Source: a virus. Taken from it: a stretch of DNA of 64,000 nucleotides. Position 1 is the stretch's first letter; each line of letters starts with the position of its first letter. Made by a program: the position numbers and the translations under genes. Below are positions 25,749 to 35,508 of the stretch, in pieces. The stretch is from IMG/VR virus record IMGVR_UViG_3300042691_046823; one strand, given 5' to 3'. The notes under the pieces are model-generated. The model ran no database searches and was not told the DNA's origin. It saw only the letters and a list, made by a program, of their open reading frames with translations.

Positions 25749-26725
25749 TGACACGATTTTTAGTTACCGGTGGACTGGGTCTGATCGGTCACAATGTGGT
25801 GCGCCGACTGCTGGACCTTGGGCATGAAGTGTGCATTACAGACACCCAGACCAATTACGGAATCATTCCACAAGCGGAATTAGATTATCTTATCCGTGAG
25901 CGTCGGGCCAAGATACCCGAAATGGATCTACGCACGCATAGAATTGACATAGCCGATCAACCAGGTATAGATTGGTTGCTCAGTCACTATAAACCCGAAG
26001 TAATCATACACATGGCCAGTTTTCCCAGACAAAAAGTTGTGAATGTCAACCCCATGACAGGCAGCAGAGCCATGAGCGAGGGATTGCTGAACCTGTGCGA
26101 ATCTGCGGCAAAGCACAAGGTAAGTAAATTTGTGTATATTTCGTCCAGCATGGTCTATGGTGATTTTACTGATGATGTACGAGAAGATGCTATATGCCGT
26201 CCACAAGGGCAGTATGGCATAATGAAACTGGCAGGAGAGTGGCTTGTCAAAGATTATAGTCGGCGTGGTTGTTTTGATCATGTTATTATCCGTCCTTCCG
26301 CTGTATACGGAGAACTCGATGTTGAAGATCGTGTTATCTCAAAGTTTCTGCTGACAGCCATGCGTGGTGGCACACTCAAAGTCAACGGTGCATCTGAAAC
26401 CCTGGACTTTACCTATGTGGCAGATGCCGCTGATGGTATCGTTGCGGCAGCATTGAGTCCTACTGCCAATAATAAACCTTACAATATAACCAAGAGCCAT
26501 AGTTGGAGCCTGTTGGATGCGGCCAATCTGGCAGTAAAAATCGTGGGGCAAGGTTCGGTAGAAGTGCGTGACAAAGATGCCGACTTCCCCAGCAGAGGTG
26601 CGCTCAACATCGAAGCCGCTCGTAGAGATTTCGGGTATGATCCTAAGGTAGACATTGAAGAAGGTTTCCAGCGATACTATGAATGGCTTAACAATTCCGT
26701 TTACTGGTCTAAAAAAACAGTATAG
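25748..26725 (+). CDS. NAD-dependent NDP-sugar epimerase/dehydratase
   Basis: TGGLGLIG, SSSMVYG, YGIMK, DFTYVAD. Confidence 0.93.
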   Translation: MTRFLVTGGLGLIGHNVVRRLLDLGHEVCITDTQTNYGIIPQAELDYLIRERRAKIPEMDLRTHRIDIADQPGIDWLLSHYKPEVIIHMASFPRQKVVNVNPMTGSRAMSEGLLNLCESAAKHKVSKFVYISSSMVYGDFTDDVREDAICRPQGQYGIMKLAGEWLVKDYSRRGCFDHVIIRPSAVYGELDVEDRVISKFLLTAMRGGTLKVNGASETLDFTYVADAADGIVAAALSPTANNKPYNITKSHSWSLLDAANLAVKIVGQGSVEVRDKDADFPSRGALNIEAARRDFGYDPKVDIEEGFQRYYEWLNNSVYWSKKTV

Positions 26726-27779
26726 CAATCTCCGGCAAGAAATACTCGATGCTACCGATGAAGTCTTGCGTAGCGGACAGTTAATGAACGGTAACAACAC
26801 AGCAGAATTTGAAAATTGGCTGTCCAAGAAAAACAGCGTCAAGTATGCAGTCTGCGTGCATTCTGGAACATCGGCATTGGAAGCCATCGCAGAATATTAT
26901 GCCACAGACCAACTGTCACCAGATCCACCCACTGTATTGATTCCCAGTCTGACTTATGCGGCCACTGCCAATGCTTTTATGCGTGCAGGATGGAACATAC
27001 AGTTTATCGACACAGATCATAATGGAGTTTTTGATGTCAGAAAAATTCCGGATGTCAGTTATCAAGCGGCGGTATTGGTGGGTCTCTATGGAGCCAGCAT
27101 AACCCACTTAGGAGATATCAACACCTGGAGGCAATGGACTCTATCAGACAAGATAATCATAGAAGATGCGGCACAGCATTGGTTATCTGCCGATGCCCAA
27201 CGCATTGGCAAGGCTGCCGCGATAAGTTTTGATCCAATGAAAAATCTTCCTTGTTATGGCAACGGTGGGGCTGTGGTCACCAATGACAGCGATGTATTCC
27301 ATTTTGTTCGTGCTTGGAGAGACAATGGAAAATCGTCGCACGCCACTACCGGAACCAACAGTCGCATGAGTGAAATAGACTGTGCTCATCTAATGGTCAA
27401 ATCAAGATACATAGACCAATGGCAAAAGCGGCGCCAGGACATATCAGGATACTGGCGTTCAAAATTAAAAAATACCGAAATCAGATGCCTCATCGACAAT
27501 GATAACTATCATGATCATTCGTGTCACAAATTTGTGATTGATGTTAATAATCGAGACATACTACAACGAAACCTTTCAATCCGCAAGATTGAAACCAAGA
27601 TTCATTATTCACAACCGTTGCACGAAATGGGTGTATTTAGACAATACCAAGGACCTGACATCCTTAGTTGTGCCAGTGCTTTAAGCCGTCGGGTGTTGAG
27701 TTTGCCAATCTATCCAGAACTCACTGATTTAGAAGTCGAGTATGTCATTGATCAGGTCTTGGACTGTGTAAACAGTTGA
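26679..27779 (+). CDS. DegT/DnrJ/EryC1/StrS PLP-dependent aminotransferase
   Basis: SGTSAL, IEDAAQ, SFDPMKNL..GNGG, LSLPIYP. Confidence 0.93.
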   Translation: MNGLTIPFTGLKKQYSNLRQEILDATDEVLRSGQLMNGNNTAEFENWLSKKNSVKYAVCVHSGTSALEAIAEYYATDQLSPDPPTVLIPSLTYAATANAFMRAGWNIQFIDTDHNGVFDVRKIPDVSYQAAVLVGLYGASITHLGDINTWRQWTLSDKIIIEDAAQHWLSADAQRIGKAAAISFDPMKNLPCYGNGGAVVTNDSDVFHFVRAWRDNGKSSHATTGTNSRMSEIDCAHLMVKSRYIDQWQKRRQDISGYWRSKLKNTEIRCLIDNDNYHDHSCHKFVIDVNNRDILQRNLSIRKIETKIHYSQPLHEMGVFRQYQGPDILSCASALSRRVLSLPIYPELTDLEVEYVIDQVLDCVNS

Positions 27780-29356
27780 GGATGTAGCATCATGGCATAC
27801 GATGCCAACCAATCCCATTCGTAACTTTTCTTGATGTCGTCAAATCGACCCTGCACTCGATCGTAATAATCAACTGCATCATTGGCCCCTTTTGTTGACC
27901 AGTATCCATTGACACCGTCACCTTTGTCTAACCATTCAGTCAAGCGATATTCATTCTCAACATCAGGAAGGCTGTGGCGCAGCTTCAACGCCTCACGGAA
28001 AGCAGTTCGCCAGCAGGTCCAGGGATCATTGTCATAGTAAGCCGTGCCTGATATTATCGGTACTACTTCATGAGGTTGATCAAGAGTAAAGTCCAGGCCC
28101 TGGCCGGTGTTTTCCAAGACCAATCTCCGGTTGTATGCGATCATGGCCTGATGTCCATACACAAGATGATTCACTGGATTGTACGCATGGAAGATGTAGT
28201 GTTTGGCTTCTTGTAATCTATCAGGCTGCCAAGACCAATCAAAATCTTCATTTACCTGCAACTTGGCAAACACAGCAAAGAACCAATCGGTGCCACTACA
28301 TTTGGCTGCCGCTTGGTATGACGCCACCCTACCTTTTATACCGTCCACGCGATGCAAACGATTTGGAGTGCCAGCCACTGCCTGTTCCAAAATTTTCCAA
28401 TTATGGTCTGCCCCGTATTCTCCGTTGCTGATAAACACTATGTCCATAGCATGGCTGGTCTGAGGCTGGCTCTGTCTATCTATCACTGGATAATCATATA
28501 GTTGGGTGTCAAGGAAATTTTTAGCATCGCGAGGAACCAACACAGATTCTCCTCCCCGACGCAGAGGATGCACAGATCGTGTTGCAGGTCTCCAAAGATT
28601 GACAGTAGGCACAGATTCTGCGGACTCATAGCGATAAAATTCAACCACGGGTTCAGTGAACTCATGTTGCCACACAGCCGGTACCACGGAATCAGTTTCA
28701 TAGGCGATGGCCGGTGGTCTTGATCTGCTGACACTGTGGGATACGAAGTTTATAGTATCATACCATTCCAATAGAGCAAGGTCACTACTGCCGTCCAAAA
28801 AACTGGGTACATGCACATAGAAAGTGTCACCAAACTTTTGTTCGTTGCTGGCCCAGACATGTAACATGCGATCCTGCCATTCGCTGGGGTGCCAGGTCCA
28901 ATCAAAATCTGTATAATCACACACGTCCGTGGTCACCCAACAGTAATGCCAATCCACGCGATTCAAGGCTCTGCGTAGTGTTCCAAGGTAGTCTGAAATA
29001 AAACGTGTGTTGATATCACCCTGATCGGGACTGCGAGGATTGTGTTTGATATGTAATCGAGGCACAGTGCCACGCCTTGGAACCATGCTGTGTTCACGAT
29101 TGATATCGGTCACAGCATGCTTGGGCACTAACATGGTCCCACCACTGTCCTGGTGTTGGCTGGGCCATACATGTATTTGATTGGCCTGCCAGGGCACGGG
29201 TTCCCACAACCAATCGAACTGAGAATAGTCATTATGCCTATCCACGATCCATAAGTACCTTGTGCGGCTGAGTCCTCGGGCGTGTTCAATACTATCTACC
29301 CGCTGTTCATGCGGAAAGAGTCCAGTAGGTCGATCTAAATAAAAAACGTCAAACAT
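27752..29356 (-). CDS. glycosyltransferase-like protein
   Basis: C-terminal half resembles 45214-46137 (VDGIKG, AAA, LVYGH, WRTAFRE). Confidence 0.6.
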   Translation of the reverse strand: MFDVFYLDRPTGLFPHEQRVDSIEHARGLSRTRYLWIVDRHNDYSQFDWLWEPVPWQANQIHVWPSQHQDSGGTMLVPKHAVTDINREHSMVPRRGTVPRLHIKHNPRSPDQGDINTRFISDYLGTLRRALNRVDWHYCWVTTDVCDYTDFDWTWHPSEWQDRMLHVWASNEQKFGDTFYVHVPSFLDGSSDLALLEWYDTINFVSHSVSRSRPPAIAYETDSVVPAVWQHEFTEPVVEFYRYESAESVPTVNLWRPATRSVHPLRRGGESVLVPRDAKNFLDTQLYDYPVIDRQSQPQTSHAMDIVFISNGEYGADHNWKILEQAVAGTPNRLHRVDGIKGRVASYQAAAKCSGTDWFFAVFAKLQVNEDFDWSWQPDRLQEAKHYIFHAYNPVNHLVYGHQAMIAYNRRLVLENTGQGLDFTLDQPHEVVPIISGTAYYDNDPWTCWRTAFREALKLRHSLPDVENEYRLTEWLDKGDGVNGYWSTKGANDAVDYYDRVQGRFDDIKKSYEWDWLASYAMMLHPQLFTQSKT

Positions 29357-30425
29357 GATTAGAATAGATGAAATTTATTATAACGTATTTGCTTCGGCAA
29401 TGCGACAGAAATCCGCTGTGGCGCTGCATTGGTTTGACCCTTTTGGTTCAAAAGATTTCCATGACTTGGTAGCCTATCCTGCTATAGTGCAGGGGCATAG
29501 GATTTTGTTTTGGGATCAAGAACCCGTGTATAAAGATTCGGCCAAGGTATTTTTCGATCAGTTTTGCAAGATATATCGAACACGGAGACGTCCCAATTAC
29601 CATACCACACTAACTCTGGTTACCAGCGAATGTGATAGCAAAGATGTACAATGGTTGCAAGATACTTATAAAATTGAAAATATCGCACACTATTTCTTCC
29701 ATGGTTGGGCAGCGTTAGATTGGTACCGAGGATACAATCACAGCTACCTTGGTCAGCCGTGGATGCAACGCAGTTTTGACAAACTTTATATCTGTCCCAA
29801 TAACATAGTCAGCGGTAACCGGCAACATCGTCTGAGTTTACTACACGAATTTTCCCAGCGAGGTCTACTTTCCGATGGCATGATGAGTTTTCCAGCAACT
29901 TGTCCTTATTCCGGGCAATCAGTGCAGGAGTTGATGAGAGATCATGGATGGAACCTCCCAACTTCAATCTCTTTACCGTTGATCATCGACACACAAAAAA
30001 ATCACGCACATGACAGCCACAAGATTGATTTTTGGGATGAAGCCATGCGATGCTTCAGTCACGTGGTCACAGAAACTGTGTACGTCAGCGATCGAATCCA
30101 TCTCACTGAAAAAACATTCAAACCGATAGTTTTACAACAGCCGTTTTTGTTAATATCTGCCAAACACAGTCTGGCTTATCTACGTAGATACGGATTTAAA
30201 ACCTTTGATTGCATCTGGGACGAAAGTTATGACAATCTCGATGACGATAAGAGAATATCTGCAATAGCAGATATATGCCAACAGATTCAACAGTGGTCAC
30301 CGACACAGATGCGGCAAGCGCAGGAGCGAGCATGGCCGATAATCAAACACAACTTTGAATGGTTTTATGGAGATTTCCAACAGGTGCTTTGGAAGGAAAC
30401 ACAACAAATGATCGAGCAATGGTAA
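29355..30425 (+). CDS. glycosyltransferase-like protein (ET...TEKTxK...GFxTF...DESYD family)
   Basis: Conserved C-terminal motif shared by four paralogues in the window. Confidence 0.6.
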   Translation: MIRIDEIYYNVFASAMRQKSAVALHWFDPFGSKDFHDLVAYPAIVQGHRILFWDQEPVYKDSAKVFFDQFCKIYRTRRRPNYHTTLTLVTSECDSKDVQWLQDTYKIENIAHYFFHGWAALDWYRGYNHSYLGQPWMQRSFDKLYICPNNIVSGNRQHRLSLLHEFSQRGLLSDGMMSFPATCPYSGQSVQELMRDHGWNLPTSISLPLIIDTQKNHAHDSHKIDFWDEAMRCFSHVVTETVYVSDRIHLTEKTFKPIVLQQPFLLISAKHSLAYLRRYGFKTFDCIWDESYDNLDDDKRISAIADICQQIQQWSPTQMRQAQERAWPIIKHNFEWFYGDFQQVLWKETQQMIEQW

Positions 30426-31576
30426 ATTTTTGCTATGACAATCTTGGGCAGTATCGCATAGGCTACCCAAATTTGGCCCGGCCGGATCTGCATCCCAATG
30501 AATTTGATCATGTGTGGCCGCGGACCACTCCGTTGCGTTTGCTGATGTACTTGCAAACACAAGGCATACCAGTGGCACACCACACGGTTGATGTCTGCCC
30601 CGGAGGATCGTGGTATCCAGTGTCGCTGGCGTGGCATGATTTTGAATGTGACTATTTTGCATTAATGAGCTCCCATGTGCGCGACTCAATAAAAAAATTT
30701 CGTGTGCGTGTGCTGTTTTATTACCATGAAGCAGATGCACCAAGCAAGATAAAACTCCGCATGGATCATCTTTGCGATTTACATGATCTACCAAAGACCT
30801 ATCTATTTGTCAGCGCCAACACAGCGGCTACCATCATAGAAAATTTCTATCACTTCCCCGATCATGAATATTTTTTCCGCTATGTCAATCGGAATCAATC
30901 ACCTCGAGACAAAACAATGCCGCAACGAGATTTCAGCCTGCTGAATCGCACTCATAAGACATGGCGTGCCAATGTCGTGGCCGATCTACGAGCCCAGCAT
31001 GTGCTGGACAACAGCCTGTGGAGTTACAACACAGATTTTACCATGCCAGACGCCGACGTAGTAAATCCCCTGCGTACCAGTGAGTTGCCCTATTGGGATC
31101 AAATCACCCAAGAGTTTTTGTCTCAGGGTCCTTATCATGTAGACGGTGCAGATAGTGATGTTCACAACGATCATGCCTTGGTCAATACCGATCTCTACAC
31201 CCAATCTTGGTGCCATATCATAGTCGAGACCATGATGGACGCTGATGGCAGCGGCGGAAGTTTCTTGACCGAAAAAACCTATAAATGTATCAAGTATGGA
31301 CAGCCTTTTGTGATCATTGGCACCGCGGGCAGCCTGGCACAGTTGCGCGATAACGGATATCGCACTTTTGATACAGTGATAGATTCCAGTTATGATACCA
31401 TCCAGGACACCACAGAACGATATTTACGCATCCGAAACTTGCTTAAAGACCTGCGTGGACAGTTGGGGCCGGCATGGCATCATCGATGTCAAGAAGATAT
31501 TGCACACAATCAAGAATTATTTCTTTCCATGCGCAATCCGGCCTTAAGTAAACTTGCCATGAGATTACAAACATGA
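30419..31576 (+). CDS. glycosyltransferase-like protein (same family)
   Basis: IVET, TEKTYK, GQPF, GYRTF, DSSYD. Confidence 0.6.
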   Translation: MVNFCYDNLGQYRIGYPNLARPDLHPNEFDHVWPRTTPLRLLMYLQTQGIPVAHHTVDVCPGGSWYPVSLAWHDFECDYFALMSSHVRDSIKKFRVRVLFYYHEADAPSKIKLRMDHLCDLHDLPKTYLFVSANTAATIIENFYHFPDHEYFFRYVNRNQSPRDKTMPQRDFSLLNRTHKTWRANVVADLRAQHVLDNSLWSYNTDFTMPDADVVNPLRTSELPYWDQITQEFLSQGPYHVDGADSDVHNDHALVNTDLYTQSWCHIIVETMMDADGSGGSFLTEKTYKCIKYGQPFVIIGTAGSLAQLRDNGYRTFDTVIDSSYDTIQDTTERYLRIRNLLKDLRGQLGPAWHHRCQEDIAHNQELFLSMRNPALSKLAMRLQT

Positions 31577-32619
31577 ATTTACCAGTACAAGCCTATACTT
31601 CTTGGCAACCTCTGGAAGCAGTCATAGTCGGACGTGTGTATACCGCAGATTACTTTGATTTTGTCGAAGATCCGCAGGTGCGCGGACAACTTCAGCAAAT
31701 TTTACAAGAAAGTGCAGAAGACCTTGACAATCTCACTCAGACAATCATACAGTATGGTGCCGAAGTCTACAGACCCGACCTACCAGACAAAGATTACTGG
31801 ATCAACGTCCAAACCAGCGAATCTCCTACCAGCGCACCTTTGCCGCCATTGACACCAAGAGATTGGCAAATCACCCTGGGCGAACATCTGTTGCGTGTGC
31901 TGAGTCTGCGCGAATTAGATCCGATTTGCCATGTCATCGATGCCACCAAACCCGGCACAGTGATCGATCCGCATTGCGGGGGATGGAATGCAGATCATGT
32001 AATGTCCAGTGCTGTGGCAAGCTGCATAGTTCGAGTGGGCACCGACATATTTTTTGACAACAGTCAATGGTTGACCACTGAGCAAATGGAATGGATCAGA
32101 GAAAATGTGTTGGATGATCGTTTTCGGCTAAGACGTGCTGTGACCGAAGGGCATGGAGATGCGGTTTTTGCTATTTTAAAACCCGGCTTGATACTCAGTA
32201 CCATGCATGACTCCAATATCAATTATCAACAGGATTTTCCTGGCTGGGAGGTCTTGCGGATCAATGACAGTTCGATCAATGCTGCCATGGCGGTGGGCAA
32301 GTTCCGCTACGAGACCATGGATGGCCGCTGGTACTTGCCCGGGGTCAAACCTACAAAAAACTTTGCACGATTTGTTGACACATATTTGAAGGATTGGACT
32401 GGTTTTGTTAAAGAGACAGTGTTTGATGTCAACTGTTTGGTGTTAGACGAGCAACACGTGGTATTCAGCGGCTACAACAAAGCCGTGTTCGATCTTTGTG
32501 AAAAACACGGTATTACACCAATCATCTGCGAACTCAGGCACAAATATTTTTGGGATGGTGGAATATCCTGCGTGACACAGGATTTGCGTAGGCGCGGCCC
32601 TTTAGAAAACTATTTCTGA
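31573..32619 (+). CDS. amidinotransferase (glycine/inosamine-phosphate family)
   Basis: WQPLEAVIVGR, PRD, GHGD, GGISCVT catalytic Cys region. Confidence 0.8.
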   Translation: MNLPVQAYTSWQPLEAVIVGRVYTADYFDFVEDPQVRGQLQQILQESAEDLDNLTQTIIQYGAEVYRPDLPDKDYWINVQTSESPTSAPLPPLTPRDWQITLGEHLLRVLSLRELDPICHVIDATKPGTVIDPHCGGWNADHVMSSAVASCIVRVGTDIFFDNSQWLTTEQMEWIRENVLDDRFRLRRAVTEGHGDAVFAILKPGLILSTMHDSNINYQQDFPGWEVLRINDSSINAAMAVGKFRYETMDGRWYLPGVKPTKNFARFVDTYLKDWTGFVKETVFDVNCLVLDEQHVVFSGYNKAVFDLCEKHGITPIICELRHKYFWDGGISCVTQDLRRRGPLENYF

Positions 32620-32822
32620 CGACCAAAATCTGTTCTGTTCCACAACCGTTCGTGCAGGTAATAAAGCACAGTATTAGTCATGGCCTGTATCAGAGCAAGT
32701 GCACCGGCCACACCTATATCTCCGGTGACGAGCCAAGCGATGACAGCAGTGCTGGTGCTTCCAGTCACCCGCCACGACACGGTTTTTAAAAAACTGCGTT
32801 GAGATTTTTCATTCATGAGCAA
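32610..32822 (-). CDS. DUF2061-like small membrane protein
   Basis: RSFLKTVSWR ... YYLHERLW. Confidence 0.8.
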   Translation of the reverse strand: MLMNEKSQRSFLKTVSWRVTGSTSTAVIAWLVTGDIGVAGALALIQAMTNTVLYYLHERLWNRTDFGRQK

Positions 32823-34294
32823 ACCACGACACCATAGTTCTTTTCAAATCTATCAGCATCTGATCGATCGTTGACCATGGGCTCTCCACGGATGTTGAGG
32901 CTGGTATTCAAAAGCATGGGACAGCCCGTGAGCAGGTACCATTGTTCTAACAACTGTCTGATGCCCGAGCCATCTGCTGGAACTGTCTGTACTCGGCTGG
33001 TTCCATCGACATGGCATATAGCAGGAAAACGATCAGGCTCGCGGCAATGAGCGACTGACTGCATATAGCGACAACGATTCCACCCAAGAGACATAACAAA
33101 ATACTCATCAGCCAGTTCTTCCAATATGACCGGTGCGAACGGTCTAAATTTCTGTCTGCGTTTGATTTCATTCACTCGATCCTTGATCTCCCACCCGCGC
33201 GGGTCGGCTAACAAACTACGATTGCCCAAGGCTCGTGGTCCCCATTCGGCTCTTCCTGATGCTACTCCTACTATCTTGTCTCGGAGCAGATGATCCAACA
33301 AAGGTTTGACAGGGTAATCTCCGGATATCCGGTGTCCAAGATACGCATCTCGCCAACGCAGGCGACCACCATGAGCTAATGCGGCTGCACCAAGACTGCT
33401 ACCAGCATCACCGGGATTGGGCATGATCCAAACTCTATCAAAATACTTGCCGAGATGCGCATTGGCCACGCAGTTCAAAGCGACGCCGCCCATGTAAACT
33501 AAGTTTTCGCAGCCAGTCAATTCTTTGGCACGACGCATGATTGACTTGATTAAATGTTCTGCCAGTGCCTGCGCCGATGCCGCGATATCTTCCTTGCTGG
33601 CAAAACTCAACTCATCATCAAATCCAATGTGCAGATTTTGTTTGAATTGCATAGCAATATCATCTTCAACAAACTGATCTCGCATCCATGCACACCCCAG
33701 TCGATTACCATAGGCTGCCATGCCCATGGTGATGTATTCTTCATCCATGGGTCGCAGTCCCACTGCCTTGGTTATGGCCGAATAAAATAGCCCTATTGAG
33801 TGTGGATATCGTTGTCCCCACATTTTTTTATAGTGCGCACGACCTTGGTTATCGTAGGCAGCACTATAAATCGACACAGTATCAAGTTCGCCAATGGCGT
33901 CGATGACCACTACTGCGGCCTGATCAAATGGTGATGTCTGGAATCCGGCCGCGGCATGACTGAGGTGATGGGCAAAGCACAACTCACGATGAGCTGGATG
34001 TTGATACCATGAGCCGAGATGCTTTTTCAGCGCACCGCTCGCTGTCCATGGTCCATACAACTTTTGCCCCGATCTCCATTGCTGGATGTTGTGCATCCAT
34101 GGACGTTCATAAAAAGCCACGGTATCATAATCCCATTCACAGCATTCTTCCATGAGCGCTGGATGAATGTTGGGATCATTCTTGATCTTGCTGTATCGTT
34201 CGCTGTGTCCAGCAAACACGATCTCCCCATCACCACGCACGATACTGACCGCGGCGTCATGAAAACCCGCCGAAACTCCTAAAATGTGTTTCAT
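32813..34294 (-). CDS. carbamoyltransferase (NodU/CmcH/TobZ family)
   Basis: HDAA, HHLSHAA, GGVALNC, GPRALGNRS, RPFAP, LNTSLN. Confidence 0.95.
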   Translation of the reverse strand: MKHILGVSAGFHDAAVSIVRGDGEIVFAGHSERYSKIKNDPNIHPALMEECCEWDYDTVAFYERPWMHNIQQWRSGQKLYGPWTASGALKKHLGSWYQHPAHRELCFAHHLSHAAAGFQTSPFDQAAVVVIDAIGELDTVSIYSAAYDNQGRAHYKKMWGQRYPHSIGLFYSAITKAVGLRPMDEEYITMGMAAYGNRLGCAWMRDQFVEDDIAMQFKQNLHIGFDDELSFASKEDIAASAQALAEHLIKSIMRRAKELTGCENLVYMGGVALNCVANAHLGKYFDRVWIMPNPGDAGSSLGAAALAHGGRLRWRDAYLGHRISGDYPVKPLLDHLLRDKIVGVASGRAEWGPRALGNRSLLADPRGWEIKDRVNEIKRRQKFRPFAPVILEELADEYFVMSLGWNRCRYMQSVAHCREPDRFPAICHVDGTSRVQTVPADGSGIRQLLEQWYLLTGCPMLLNTSLNIRGEPMVNDRSDADRFEKNYGVVVCS

Positions 34295-34392
34295 TTGTAA
34301 ATGAAAGGGTCGCGTTTGCGCAGTTCTTTGAGCTTTCTACGATAACGAATTTCTAATTTAATTTTGGCTACCAATCTTCTAAACCAGTTCAT
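34291..34392 (-). CDS. 33-aa basic peptide ending RDPFIYK
   Basis: MNWFRRLVAKIKLEIRYRRKLKELRKRDPFIYK*; ATGA-coupled to the carbamoyltransferase. Confidence 0.7.
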   Translation of the reverse strand: MNWFRRLVAKIKLEIRYRRKLKELRKRDPFIYK

Positions 34393-34395
34393 ATT

Positions 34396-35508
34396 TTATC
34401 CTTGTTTCAAAATTTCAATCTGTCTCTGTATGTAATCCTCGTCACTCCAGTGATAAGCATAATGTGCCCTATGGCGCAAGGTGCGCACTTCACTTACGTC
34501 AAGATGTTGGTTCAACATTGCCCAGATTTTTTGCGGATCTTCTGTACCAAAAGAGACCTTTAGATCTACCTGTGCTATCTTAGGATGGCCAATGGTCAAT
34601 TCAGGATCCTCAGGGTCAAACCCATTGATGGTAAGCCAATGTCGGAAGTCTTCCAACATTTTCGTCTGCCAGGGGAAATCTTTGGGATTGCGCCCCCACT
34701 CTATATCAAAGTCTGCGGCTGCTTCGGACTGATTGCGCAAGGCGCTGGTTGTCAATTCTCCGATCCTGCTATCACGTCCTTCATCCTGGAACACTTCCCA
34801 ATGATGTTTGCCCACGGCTTTGTTCACGCCTATGTATACGCCGCCAAGATCACGATTGATAGTGTCCACCCCGAACAAATCAAGATCTTCAATTTCCAAA
34901 GCAAAACGTGGAGCACTGAGCCAGCACATGAGTTGGCTGGGCCTTTGCCAATCTGGGGCCTCGATCTGCTTGCGATAAGACAAGGCCCAAGACTCGAATT
35001 CGTGGCACAGTAGATTAAGTTGCCGGATATGCCATCTTATTTCGTGATCCGCCTTGATGTAGAAATCACTCATGCGGCCGCTACTGCCCTGTAAATCTTC
35101 AAAATATCTATGGAGCATGTTGAGACGGTGTTGTACGATGTTCCTGCCTTTTGTACGATTGCCTTGGGGTTCGTCTGTCATGGTGTTGGCCATAGTAAAC
35201 CAATCATCAATATGGTAACCAATGTCGGCATCATTGATATATAAAATGCTTGCGTTGACTCGATCCAAGATCATCTGGCCATCTCGATCGCTGTCAGCAA
35301 AGCCGAGGAAACAATAATTTTTTTCCAAATGTAACTCGTTGAATAGCACATGATCCAATGCTTGTATCCACTTACGACCCAGATTATGATCAATGACATC
35401 AATTTTTACTGTGATGACATGCTGTGATCGACGATCTATCAGATCTATTTCAACAGGATATTTCTTGCCACCATGCATGTATTTCTTCGTCCTCTTTGGT
35501 AATATCAT
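34396..35508 (-). CDS. hypothetical protein
   Basis: Long ORF in operon; LNMLHRYFE, LCHEFE, VGKH motifs; start uncertain. Confidence 0.75.
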   Translation of the reverse strand: MILPKRTKKYMHGGKKYPVEIDLIDRRSQHVITVKIDVIDHNLGRKWIQALDHVLFNELHLEKNYCFLGFADSDRDGQMILDRVNASILYINDADIGYHIDDWFTMANTMTDEPQGNRTKGRNIVQHRLNMLHRYFEDLQGSSGRMSDFYIKADHEIRWHIRQLNLLCHEFESWALSYRKQIEAPDWQRPSQLMCWLSAPRFALEIEDLDLFGVDTINRDLGGVYIGVNKAVGKHHWEVFQDEGRDSRIGELTTSALRNQSEAAADFDIEWGRNPKDFPWQTKMLEDFRHWLTINGFDPEDPELTIGHPKIAQVDLKVSFGTEDPQKIWAMLNQHLDVSEVRTLRHRAHYAYHWSDEDYIQRQIEILKQG

